DNA of 64,000 nucleotides from Escherichia coli (GTDB taxonomy: Bacteria; Pseudomonadota; Gammaproteobacteria; Enterobacterales; Enterobacteriaceae). The position numbers were made by a program, and so were the translations under genes. Below the pieces are notes generated by a model. That model made no database searches. It had not been told where the DNA came from and saw nothing but the letters and a program-made list of their open reading frames with translations. Where the stretch lies: NCBI RefSeq assembly GCF_048403405.1, contig NZ_CP183129.1, one strand, 5' to 3'. Below are positions 33,861-42,059 of the stretch, piece after piece (the first letter of the stretch is position 1; every line of letters begins with the position of its first letter).

Positions 33861-34502
33861 GTGATGCGTAAAAATTCCCTGCTCACTCTTGTCCTGCTGC
33901 TGTTTTCCGTGCCGTTACCGGCTCGGGAGGTGCCGCCGGGCTACCGTGAGGTGGCCCGGCAGGAGAATGTACCAGCAGAAGCCCTGTATTCCCTGGCACT
34001 GACGGAGTCATCCTGGACATTACCGGCACATCACCCGCAGGCCGGTGAAATCCATCCCTGGCCGTGGACGCTGAATGTGGCTGGTAAAGGATACCGTTAT
34101 CCGACACGGCAGGCCGCCTGGCAGGCTTTACAGTCGTTTTTACAGACGACATCCCCCAGACGTATTGATGTGGGGATTGCACAGGTGAACTGGGGCTGGA
34201 ACGGGCATCACTTCCGTTCCGCCTGGGAGGCCTTTGATCCTTATACCAATTTGCATGTGGCCGCCCGCATCCTGCGCCGCTGTTATGAGGCGTCACCGGG
34301 TAGTTGGATCCGTGCCGCCGGCTGTTATCACCATCCGGCGGGCGGTCAGCCCGCAGTACGCTATAAAAATAGTGTCCGGCGTCAGCTGGCGACACTGACG
34401 GGCGGTACACAACCCGTTCCCGCTCATTTACCGGCAGTCAGTACAGATCGGGCTGTATCGTTTGTGTGGATAGAACCGGAGAACAAAACCGATGCGAAAT
34501 AA
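33861..34502 (+). CDS. Lytic transglycosylase (SLT domain)
   Basis: Signal peptide; ALYSLALTESSW (catalytic Glu context), WPWTLNVAGKGY, VGIAQVNW. Confidence 0.8.
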   Translation: MMRKNSLLTLVLLLFSVPLPAREVPPGYREVARQENVPAEALYSLALTESSWTLPAHHPQAGEIHPWPWTLNVAGKGYRYPTRQAAWQALQSFLQTTSPRRIDVGIAQVNWGWNGHHFRSAWEAFDPYTNLHVAARILRRCYEASPGSWIRAAGCYHHPAGGQPAVRYKNSVRRQLATLTGGTQPVPAHLPAVSTDRAVSFVWIEPENKTDAK

Positions 34503-35046
34503 TCCTGAAGAAAAGACAACGCGAGCCTTTTATCCCCTGCCCGTCTTGGGGATGCTGCTGTTTTGCGCAGCCGGCGGCAGTCAGGCGGCATTAACGGTGG
34601 TGGCGGATTATGGCGGGCAACCGGCAGCACCTTTTTATGACGCGATAAATAATGCCCCGAATGAATGGACAGCAAAGCCGGCGTCCCGCCCTCTGCCGTC
34701 CGTGATGGCCCCGTCAATGGTGTTGCCGGTTGAGACACCGGAAATGACGCCGGGGGAGGTGGATGACCGCGTCCTGCATTTACCGGGGATTGGGGCACTG
34801 TATCTGGTGGGGGATGATCCGTTATCCCGGGCATGGCTCACACAGCACGCAGCCCAGCTGAATGCAATGAATGCGGCCGGGATGGTGGTGAATGTGAAAT
34901 CGGAAACCGGGTTACAGGCGCTTCAGGCGCTGGCTCAGGGAGGACTGCTCTCCCCAGCTTCTGGCACCGATTTAGCTCACCGTCTTCAGTTATCACATTA
35001 CCCAGTTCTGATCACGGAAACCGGGTTGACCCAGCAGGTGAAGTAA
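34492..35046 (+). CDS. ICE protein, PFL_4695 family-like (TIGR03765)
   Basis: Signal peptide. Overlaps the preceding stop. Syntenic slot between the transglycosylase and traD. Confidence 0.5.
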   Translation: MRNNPEEKTTRAFYPLPVLGMLLFCAAGGSQAALTVVADYGGQPAAPFYDAINNAPNEWTAKPASRPLPSVMAPSMVLPVETPEMTPGEVDDRVLHLPGIGALYLVGDDPLSRAWLTQHAAQLNAMNAAGMVVNVKSETGLQALQALAQGGLLSPASGTDLAHRLQLSHYPVLITETGLTQQVK

Positions 35047-35243
35047 TGTTACCGCCGATATGGCCTTCAGATGGGGTTGACTCCCCGGCATTCTGGTTGG
35101 CCGTGCTGATGTGGTGCGTGTTCTTTGTTGTGATGAGACTCCTGGGGAAAAAAAACCGTCCTGCCCGCCGTCATCGTCACTGTCACGGGAAAGAATCGCG
35201 TGTACCGGAAAAAGAAAATCCGTCAGATCCTCCCTGGGGTTGA
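35046..35243 (+). CDS. Possible small membrane protein (65 aa), translationally coupled
   Basis: TAATG overlap with the upstream stop. One TM (FWLAVLMWCVFFVVMRLL) followed by a basic tail. No family recognised. Confidence 0.35.
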   Translation: MLPPIWPSDGVDSPAFWLAVLMWCVFFVVMRLLGKKNRPARRHRHCHGKESRVPEKENPSDPPWG

Positions 35244-35252
35244 GTGCAGTGA

Positions 35253-35396
35253 GCACATTGTTTTCCGGACGTGTCGGTGAATTTTCAAACAGTGTTTCCA
35301 GTGGAAACGCTGGATGATTTTTGAACACTGTTTCCACTGGAAACACCGGTGAATTTTTAAACACTGTTTTCCGGGGTAACACCAAAAAAGAGTTTG
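35253..35396 (+). repeat. Four tandem 36-bp iterons; the central two carry the palindrome GTTTCC-N3-GGAAAC
   Basis: Units start at 35253, 35289, 35325 and 35361. Consensus is ACAsTGTTTCCAsTGGAAACrCCGGTGAATTTTTrA. Palindromes lie at 35294-35308 and 35330-35344. The array ends 5 nt before the traD ATG. Confidence 0.85.
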
Positions 35397-35401
35397 AGAG
35401 A

Positions 35402-37549
35402 ATGAGTGATCGTTATGTGATAGAGGCCTGGCTGCGACCGGCGGTGGAATTGAACAGTGCTCTGGTGTCCGGCGGGGCGGCGTTTGTGTGTGCGGTAGCG
35501 CCCTGGGCAGTGGCATTGTCTCCGTCCGTGAGTTATGTCACCGCCGGTGCGTTTGCCGGTTTTTCCGCATTGCGGGCACATCAGGGATTCCGGGTATTAC
35601 GTTACCGCCGGAATCTCCGGCGTCTGCCCCGCTATCAGGTGACGTCGGCACAGGTGCCGGTCAGCCGGCAGCGTCTGTTTCTGGGAAAAGGGTTTCAGTG
35701 GCAGCAAAAACACACGCAACGCCTGCTGGAAACCCAGCGTCCGGAAGTGGAGCGGTATGTTCAGCCGCCGGCACATTACCGGCTGGCCCGGCAGTTTGAA
35801 CTCCGTTTTGAATCCCGTTTTCCGGCGGTTTGCCGGCTTTTGCAAAAAGACAGTTGGCTGAATCCGGTCCGCCCGCTGACGCCGGTGGGGGGGAATCCGG
35901 TGTTACACGGTGTGGAGCCGGATGAGGTGAATGTGACCATGGATTTGCGTGAACGGGTTGGTCATATGCTGGTACTGGGGACCACCCGTGTCGGCAAAAC
36001 CCGTCTGGCGGAAGTGCTGATCACTCAGGATATCCGCCGGGGGAATATCACGATTGTTTTTGATCCGAAAGGGGATGCGGATTTATTGCGCCGGATGTGG
36101 GCGGAAGCGCATCGTGCGGGGCGCAGTGAGGAGTTTTATGTTTTTCACTTGGGCTGGCCTGATATCAGTGCCCGTTATAACGCCATCGGGCGTTTTGGCC
36201 GAGTATCGGAAGTCGCGGGGCGGGTTGCCGGCCAGTTATCCGGGGAAGGGAACAGCGCGGCGTTCCGGGAGTTTGCCTGGCGGTTTGTTAATATCATTGC
36301 CCGGGCACTGGTTGCTCTGGGGGAGCGTCCGGATTATGCCAAAATTTTACGTTATGTCACCAATATCGGGGAACTCTATCAGACATATTCGATGCAGGTG
36401 ATTAAAGCACAACTACCTGATTTGTTTGCCCAAATCGAGAATGCGCAGAACGCGCTGACGGTCGAGGATGTGCCCCGTCATCTGCAAAGTGATCCGAAAG
36501 CTGTGGCTATCTGGGCAACGGAGCTGGCGTTAAGTAGTGAGAAAGGGAAAAAAATCTATGATCCGATTTTGGACGGGCTGCGCAGTGCGATCCGTTATGA
36601 CCGGACCTATTTTGATAAAATAGTGGCTTCTCTGCTGCCGTTACTGGAAAAACTGACTACCGGAAAAACTGCCGCCCTGTTGTCGCCGGATTACACCAAT
36701 ATGCAGGATCCCCGTCCGATTTTTGACTGGCAGCAGGTGATTCGGAAAAAAGGGATTGTATATGTCGGGCTGGATGCGTTATCGGATGCGGAAGTGGCGG
36801 CAGCGGTGGGGAATTCCATGTTTGCGGATTTGGTCTCGGTAGCCGGGCATATTTATAAATTCGGGACTCAGGATGGACTGCCGGAGGATGAGCACGCCGG
36901 AAAATTACCGATCAGCCTGCATTGCGATGAATTTAATGAACTGATGGGGGATGAATTTATTCCGTTACTGAACAAGAGCGGCGGCGCGGGGATTGAAGTG
37001 ACGGCCTACACACAGACCTGGTCTGATATTGAAGCCCGGCTGGGGAATGCGGCGAAATCGGCGCAGGTCACCGGTAACTTTAATACGCTGGTGATGTTGC
37101 GTGTCCGTGAACTGATGACCGCGAAATTACTGACGGAACAGTTACCGGAAGTGGATATTTACACCAAAACCCTGGTATCCGGGATCACCGATATTTCCAA
37201 TCCGAGGCAGGGGAGTGATTTTACCTCCAATACCCAGGACAGGGTCAGTATGGTGGCTAAACCGCTGCTGTTACCGGCAGATATTATTCAGTTACCGAAA
37301 GGACAGGCGTTTGCGCTGCTGGAAGGCGGGAAGTTATGGAAAATCAGGATGCCCCTGCCGGCGGCAGAGGCTGATGCCCTGATGCCACCGGATTTACAAA
37401 AAATCGCACAGTATATGGAGAAAAATTACCGTACCGGCGAAACTTGGTGGACTGCGTCATCATTTTCGGATGCGCGGTATGACAGCGGCGGTATGAATGT
37501 GGCTGAGATGGCACCGGATACCGAAGGGGGCAACGATGGCAACTGCTGA
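35402..37549 (+). CDS. traD: Conjugative coupling protein TraD (TIGR03743-like, ICE/SXT-TOL class)
   Basis: Two N-terminal TMs, Walker A LGTTRVGKT, DxxE-type Walker B region HCDEFNEL, about 715 aa. ATG 35402 is chosen because the upstream part of the track ORF is the iteron array. Confidence 0.85.
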   Translation: MSDRYVIEAWLRPAVELNSALVSGGAAFVCAVAPWAVALSPSVSYVTAGAFAGFSALRAHQGFRVLRYRRNLRRLPRYQVTSAQVPVSRQRLFLGKGFQWQQKHTQRLLETQRPEVERYVQPPAHYRLARQFELRFESRFPAVCRLLQKDSWLNPVRPLTPVGGNPVLHGVEPDEVNVTMDLRERVGHMLVLGTTRVGKTRLAEVLITQDIRRGNITIVFDPKGDADLLRRMWAEAHRAGRSEEFYVFHLGWPDISARYNAIGRFGRVSEVAGRVAGQLSGEGNSAAFREFAWRFVNIIARALVALGERPDYAKILRYVTNIGELYQTYSMQVIKAQLPDLFAQIENAQNALTVEDVPRHLQSDPKAVAIWATELALSSEKGKKIYDPILDGLRSAIRYDRTYFDKIVASLLPLLEKLTTGKTAALLSPDYTNMQDPRPIFDWQQVIRKKGIVYVGLDALSDAEVAAAVGNSMFADLVSVAGHIYKFGTQDGLPEDEHAGKLPISLHCDEFNELMGDEFIPLLNKSGGAGIEVTAYTQTWSDIEARLGNAAKSAQVTGNFNTLVMLRVRELMTAKLLTEQLPEVDIYTKTLVSGITDISNPRQGSDFTSNTQDRVSMVAKPLLLPADIIQLPKGQAFALLEGGKLWKIRMPLPAAEADALMPPDLQKIAQYMEKNYRTGETWWTASSFSDARYDSGGMNVAEMAPDTEGGNDGNC

Positions 37550-38285
37550 GGTACGTCAGGAAACCCCGCGTCACCCGGCAAAAGACCCCGGTTTGCCGGC
37601 TAAATTGTTGTGGCACTGGCCGTGGGCCATCATCGGGGTATTACTGGCCTCCTGGGTATGCAGTCTGTTGATTGAGTGGGTCGGGATTGCGTTTTTCTGG
37701 GCGGACGAAGGGGCGGAGCACAGCCGGCAGGTGATGTTAACCGAGAGCGGGTATCTGTCAGAAGGGTTTACCCGTAGTCTGCTGATGTCCAGTCCGGCGC
37801 AGTGGCTGGCTCATACCGTTGAACAGGCATACCGGTGGCTGTTTGTGGAGTCCGGGCTGATGGAGAGCTGGCAGAACGTGTATCCTGTCAGCGGGAATGC
37901 AGTTGCCCGTGAACTGGATGACTGGCGGATTTGGTTTGTGTCCGAGCTGAGAGACTATCTGCTGGCGACGGTTTATGTGACGCTGACCTTTTTTATCCGG
38001 GTGACTATTCTGGTGCTGTCGATGCCCCTGTTTGTTATGGTGCTGTTGGTGGGCATGGTGGAAGGCTTTAACCGGCGTGATTTGCGGCGTTATGGTGCCG
38101 GGTATGAATCCAGTTTTGTGTATCACCACGCCAAGCGTTTTGTTAAGCCGGCCTTTTTTGTTCCGTGCATGATTTATCTGTCCTGGCCGTCTGCCATTTA
38201 CCCTAATCTGGTGTTGTTACCGGCGGCTCTGTTGTTCGGGCTTGCGGTGGCAGTGGCTACCGCGTCATTTAAAAAATATTTATAG
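37536..38285 (+). CDS. ICE membrane protein, PFL_4697 family-like (TIGR03747)
   Basis: Start overlaps the traD 3' end. Has 4-5 TM spans. Syntenic slot after traD. Confidence 0.55.
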   Translation: MATAEVRQETPRHPAKDPGLPAKLLWHWPWAIIGVLLASWVCSLLIEWVGIAFFWADEGAEHSRQVMLTESGYLSEGFTRSLLMSSPAQWLAHTVEQAYRWLFVESGLMESWQNVYPVSGNAVARELDDWRIWFVSELRDYLLATVYVTLTFFIRVTILVLSMPLFVMVLLVGMVEGFNRRDLRRYGAGYESSFVYHHAKRFVKPAFFVPCMIYLSWPSAIYPNLVLLPAALLFGLAVAVATASFKKYL

Positions 38286-38293
38286 GCGCTGGG

Positions 38294-38328
38294 CAGAGAC
38301 ACACAACACTTGTTTTTGTGTGTCTCTG
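38294..38328. terminator. Bidirectional hairpin terminator between convergent genes
   Basis: Perfect 13-bp inverted repeat CAGAGACACACAA / TTGTGTGTCTCTG with a 9-nt loop. Confidence 0.65.
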
Positions 38329-38372
38329 TCAGCAGACAAGCGGCTAGGCCGCGCGTCAGTGGTGTGATGGGG

Positions 38373-38981
38373 TTATCCTGCGCTGATTGATGGATTGATG
38401 AGTGTGAGCAGTAAATAAAGTGGCGGGTTGTCTGTCGTGATGAGTTGCCAGCCACATTGTGTCAGCAGTTCAGCTAGTGCGGCGATATCACCTCCGATTT
38501 TTACAGGTAGGTGTGCGGTCTGATGACCGTCAGTATCAAAAGCCTGCTCCAGTGCATTTTTGGATAAACAGATGGTGTTGCTGAGCGTATCCGGGCTCAC
38601 CGCATGTCGTCTGTGCCACGATTTATCACTCAATAACTGATAGGCAAAGCCTGCCTCCTTGGCCGATTCAAGCGCATAAGTGAGCCGGAACAGATCGCTC
38701 TGCTCGTGTAATGCGCCTGTACAGGAGCGGTACAGATAATCCAGTTTTTGTGGCAGTTTGGCCCGGCTCCCCAGTGTACGTCCCTGTTGAAGCAGCCAGT
38801 CAATATCCGGCGTAACGTCACGGTCAAAACGGCGTTGCTTTTTGGCGGTTGCCAGCCAGCGTATTAAAAACAGGTTTTTCTGCATGTCGGACTGCACCAG
38901 CCCCTCCCTGCGGGCCAGATGCAGGGCAACCAGTGCACACCAGGCAAAATGCCCAGTTTTTCGGGTGATGGTCTGACTCAT
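38373..38981 (-). CDS. Orphan protein of unknown function, the only minus-strand gene inside the T4SS module
   Basis: 202-aa ORF with ATG start and GC content similar to the backbone. No motif recognised. Confidence 0.5.
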   Translation of the reverse strand: MSQTITRKTGHFAWCALVALHLARREGLVQSDMQKNLFLIRWLATAKKQRRFDRDVTPDIDWLLQQGRTLGSRAKLPQKLDYLYRSCTGALHEQSDLFRLTYALESAKEAGFAYQLLSDKSWHRRHAVSPDTLSNTICLSKNALEQAFDTDGHQTAHLPVKIGGDIAALAELLTQCGWQLITTDNPPLYLLLTLINPSISAG

Positions 38982-39127
38982 AGGCTCACTTTTATTTATT
39001 CATTTCAGCTATTTTCGCAAAAAGCAAGCAATATAAAATTAAAAAATTTGGAAAACTAATTGTTTGCTGTTTTTTCTATCCGCCTTTTTTACCCTGACTC
39101 CACGTTAACCGTCTTTAAGGAGTCGTT

Positions 39128-39454
39128 ATGCGATTATTTTCTCCGCTTATTTCCCTGTTTGCGTTGGTTGTCAGTGCATTTGGGGTATTGCCTGCTCAGG
39201 CCGCTGAAAAAGATGAACTGGCGCTGACGTTAAAGCAGCTCGATCACATCCAGGCCAGCCTGGAGCGCGCCCGTATTCAGGCAAATCAGGACAATCACGC
39301 CCGTTTTTATTTTGATTATTCCCGCGCCTCCAGAGAGGTGGAGATTATCCGGCAGGGGATTGTCCGCTATCTGGAGCCTTCCCGGGCCCAGCCCACGGTG
39401 CCGGTTAATGTGGCGGAGCCGCTGCGCGGGGATTACCGCCGGGAGCAGCGATGA
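39128..39454 (+). CDS. RAQPRD-family ICE protein (TIGR01690-like)
   Basis: Signal peptide and near-C-terminal SRAQPTVP (RAQPRD-motif variant). SD AAGGAG lies 6 nt upstream. It is the first gene of the second T4SS operon. Confidence 0.65.
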   Translation: MRLFSPLISLFALVVSAFGVLPAQAAEKDELALTLKQLDHIQASLERARIQANQDNHARFYFDYSRASREVEIIRQGIVRYLEPSRAQPTVPVNVAEPLRGDYRREQR

Positions 39455-39690
39455 ATCCGTCACAGCAGGCGGCATTTGAGGCTGCTGCCGGCTCGGGGAT
39501 GTCTCCGGCTGTTCTGAATCTGTTGTGTATCGGGGCATTACTGGCGGTGCTGTTTTTATGGGCAGCCTGGGGACTGGTCGATGTTTACCGGGGCTGGGCA
39601 AATGAAAATGTTCGTACTGCAAGGGTGGGGCAGTTTGCTGTCCGGGCAGTGATATTACTGGTGGTCTGCATCTGGATGTTTGCCAGTTGA
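39451..39690 (+). CDS. ICE protein, PFL_4701 family-like (TIGR03758 / DUF3262), 2 TM
   Basis: ATGA overlap with the upstream gene, two hydrophobic spans, syntenic slot. Confidence 0.5.
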   Translation: MNPSQQAAFEAAAGSGMSPAVLNLLCIGALLAVLFLWAAWGLVDVYRGWANENVRTARVGQFAVRAVILLVVCIWMFAS

Positions 39691-39716
39691 GTGTGCTGTT
39701 TAATTTATTTTACAGA

Positions 39717-40100
39717 ATGAAAGGTCATTTTATGGATATGAAATCATTTTGGGGACGTGGTGTCCGTCGTATTGGTGCGTCAGTGGTGACGTTATTCACT
39801 TTATTCAGTCTGATGCCGGCGTATGCCGCACTGCCTTCGGTGGAACCCCCTTCTTCCGGTGGCGGCGGCGGACTGATGGACACCATTAAAGGCTATCTTA
39901 ATGACGGCATTGTGATTGGCGGGCTGGTTGTGGCTGCGACGGCTTTTATCGTGGTGGCCATTGCCGCGGTCACCACGTTCAATGAAGTGCGCGACCAAAA
40001 GGCTGGCTGGGGTAAATTCGGTACAATTATTGTAGTCGGTGTCGTCCTGATTGTGGCGGTCGTCTGGCTGGCCGGAAAATCCGCCACTATTATTTTTTAA
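39717..40100 (+). CDS. ICE membrane protein, PFL_4702 family-like (TIGR03745); possible pilin-like subunit
   Basis: Signal peptide ending AYA, Gly-rich linker, two long hydrophobic helices. Start is uncertain (39687, 39717 or 39732). Confidence 0.5.
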   Translation: MKGHFMDMKSFWGRGVRRIGASVVTLFTLFSLMPAYAALPSVEPPSSGGGGGLMDTIKGYLNDGIVIGGLVVAATAFIVVAIAAVTTFNEVRDQKAGWGKFGTIIVVGVVLIVAVVWLAGKSATIIF

Positions 40101-40112
40101 GCGGAGGCAACG

Positions 40113-40529
40113 ATGCAGACCATCGATTTTATGCCGGATCGCTTAAATGCAGAGCCCACCGTCTTTCGCGGATTTACCACCCATGAAATGTTTGCCGCCG
40201 CCGGTGTCGGTTGTGTGGGCGGGAGCGTTATCAGTATCCCGCTGTTACCGCTGGCCGGGTGGGTGATCCTGCCGACCGGCGCGTTGATAATGCCGCTGTT
40301 GGTGGTGTTTTTTGGCGGCACTTTTCTGACCCGTATCAAACGCGGAAAACCGGAAAATTATCTCTACCGCCGATTGTCCTGGAAACTGCAAACCGGGTTT
40401 GCCCGCACATTGCCGCTGACCGGACGGCTGACTGAAAAATCCCTCATCACCGTATCTCAGGGCTGGTTTTTACGCCGGACGCAGGCGCTGTCACTGTGCC
40501 GGTATATCGCCGGAGGCCGCCATGAGTAA
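40113..40529 (+). CDS. Conjugative transfer region protein TIGR03750-like (VirB3/TraL-like topology)
   Basis: Two adjacent TM helices near the N-terminus, about 138 aa, syntenic slot. Confidence 0.5.
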   Translation: MQTIDFMPDRLNAEPTVFRGFTTHEMFAAAGVGCVGGSVISIPLLPLAGWVILPTGALIMPLLVVFFGGTFLTRIKRGKPENYLYRRLSWKLQTGFARTLPLTGRLTEKSLITVSQGWFLRRTQALSLCRYIAGGRHE

Positions 40530-41166
40530 ATTTCGTCATGCCCTGCAAAACCGGGACCAGCACATTCTGACACTGCGGATGATCTGCGGGGTGCTGGTGC
40601 TCTGCCTGTTTGTGGCCTTTGCCGGCTGGATGCGGGCGCCGGCTAAACTGACGATCCATAATCCGCCGGATTTGCGCTCCGGCAGTACCCGGGCATGGTG
40701 GGAAGTGCCGCTGCCGACGGTGTACGCTTTCAGCTTTTATATTTTTCAGCAACTGAATGCCTGGCCGAAAGACGGCGAGGTGGATTATCCGCGAAAGATT
40801 GCACAGCTCAGTGCCTATCTGACGCCGTCCTGCCGGGCGTATTTTGAGAAAGAGGCCGCTTACCGTACTACGCTCGGGGAGCTGAAAGGGCGTTCCCGGG
40901 TGGTGTATGAGATCCCGGGACGCGGGTTCAGTGAGGATAAAGTCCGGGTGATTGACCGGGATAACTGGATCGTGCGCCTGGATTTGGTAGCGGATGAATA
41001 TTTTAGCGCGGAGCCGGTCAAGCGAGCGACGGTACGTTATCCGGTGAAAGTGGTGCGCTGGGAGGGCGATCCGGAAAGTAATCCGTTTGGTCTGGCCCTG
41101 GACTGCTATGACGGGCTGCCTCAGCGTCTGGAAGCGGCGGAGCAGAATAAGGAGGTCAGTCAATGA
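40522..41166 (+). CDS. ICE protein, PFL_4703 family-like (TIGR03746)
   Basis: Overlapping start, single N-terminal TM, syntenic slot. Confidence 0.5.
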   Translation: MSKFRHALQNRDQHILTLRMICGVLVLCLFVAFAGWMRAPAKLTIHNPPDLRSGSTRAWWEVPLPTVYAFSFYIFQQLNAWPKDGEVDYPRKIAQLSAYLTPSCRAYFEKEAAYRTTLGELKGRSRVVYEIPGRGFSEDKVRVIDRDNWIVRLDLVADEYFSAEPVKRATVRYPVKVVRWEGDPESNPFGLALDCYDGLPQRLEAAEQNKEVSQ

Positions 41167-42059
41167 GCATAAAACGTCATCTGACGGCCTGTGCTCTGGG
41201 GATTTCGGCGGTGTTTTCTGTGGCCGCTCTGCCGCTGCCGGTGCAGGCGGTAGAGCTGGTCCGCTGGGAGCGTATTCCGTTACCGGTTTCTCTGCATGTG
41301 GGGGAAGAGCGCATTGTGTTTGTGGAAAAAAATGTGCGTGTCGGTTTTCCACCGTCTCTGAATGAGAAACTGCGGATCCAGAGTACCGGAGGGGCGGTGT
41401 ACCTGCGGGCGGAAAGCGCCTTCCCGCAGACCCGCCTTCAGTTACAGGATGTGGAAAGCGGGGAAATCCTGTTGCTGGATGTGACGGCCACTGCCGGTAA
41501 AGGGAAGCTGGAGCCGGTGCGGGTGGTGTACAGCGGTGAAGTCAGTACGCAGCGTGACAGTCAGAGCGTCAGACGCAGCGGGCAGGCTGCGGGGGCAGCA
41601 GCCGATGCCGTACCGGAAAGCGTGGACCGCAAAGCGAAAACCCGTTATCCGGCGCCGTTACCGGTCTTACTGACCCGTTATGCCGCCCAGAGTCTGTATG
41701 CACCGTTAAGAACAGTGGAGCCGGTGTCTGGCGTACAACCTTTGCCACTGACCTTACCAAAAACACTGACAGCACTCTACCCGTCTGAACCACTGATCGC
41801 GCGGCCGCTGGCCGGCTGGCAGGCGGCGGAGTACCGGGTGGTGGCGGTGAAACTGACCAATCAGTCCGCTCAGAAAGTCGTGCTGGATCCCCGTCAGTTG
41901 CAGGGGCAGTTTGTCAGCGCCACGTTCCAGCATCAGTGGCTGGACGCGAAGGGCACACCGGAGGATACCACCACAGTGTATCTGGTGATGAAAGGCAAAC
42001 CGGATAAGGCGTTTCCTGCGGAGCCGCCTGTCCGGAGGACGGGAGGGAAAGCCCGATGA
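41163..42059 (+). CDS. ICE protein, PFL_4704 family-like (TIGR03749; VirB9-like role suspected)
   Basis: ATGA overlap, signal peptide, syntenic slot. Confidence 0.5.
   Translation: MSIKRHLTACALGISAVFSVAALPLPVQAVELVRWERIPLPVSLHVGEERIVFVEKNVRVGFPPSLNEKLRIQSTGGAVYLRAESAFPQTRLQLQDVESGEILLLDVTATAGKGKLEPVRVVYSGEVSTQRDSQSVRRSGQAAGAAADAVPESVDRKAKTRYPAPLPVLLTRYAAQSLYAPLRTVEPVSGVQPLPLTLPKTLTALYPSEPLIARPLAGWQAAEYRVVAVKLTNQSAQKVVLDPRQLQGQFVSATFQHQWLDAKGTPEDTTTVYLVMKGKPDKAFPAEPPVRRTGGKAR

Noticed and set aside
35321-35401. An N-terminal extension of traD as given by the ORF track (start 35321).
   Set aside because: The extra 27 codons are simply the iteron array read in frame (repetitive TGNTGEFLNTVFRGNT). 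The ATG at 35402 begins the conserved MSDRYVIEAWLRP sequence.
40447-41352. A 301-aa ORF antisense to the T4SS genes, and similar long antisense or alternate-frame ORFs at 43965-44567, 44029-44547, 44993-45640, 48684-49523, 50447-51118, 51670-52143, 33883-34410 and elsewhere.
   Set aside because: GC-rich coding DNA produces long stop-free antisense frames. These have Arg/Pro/His-rich low-complexity composition and no ribosome-binding context. They are completely overlapped by plus-strand genes that show motifs, synteny and translational coupling.
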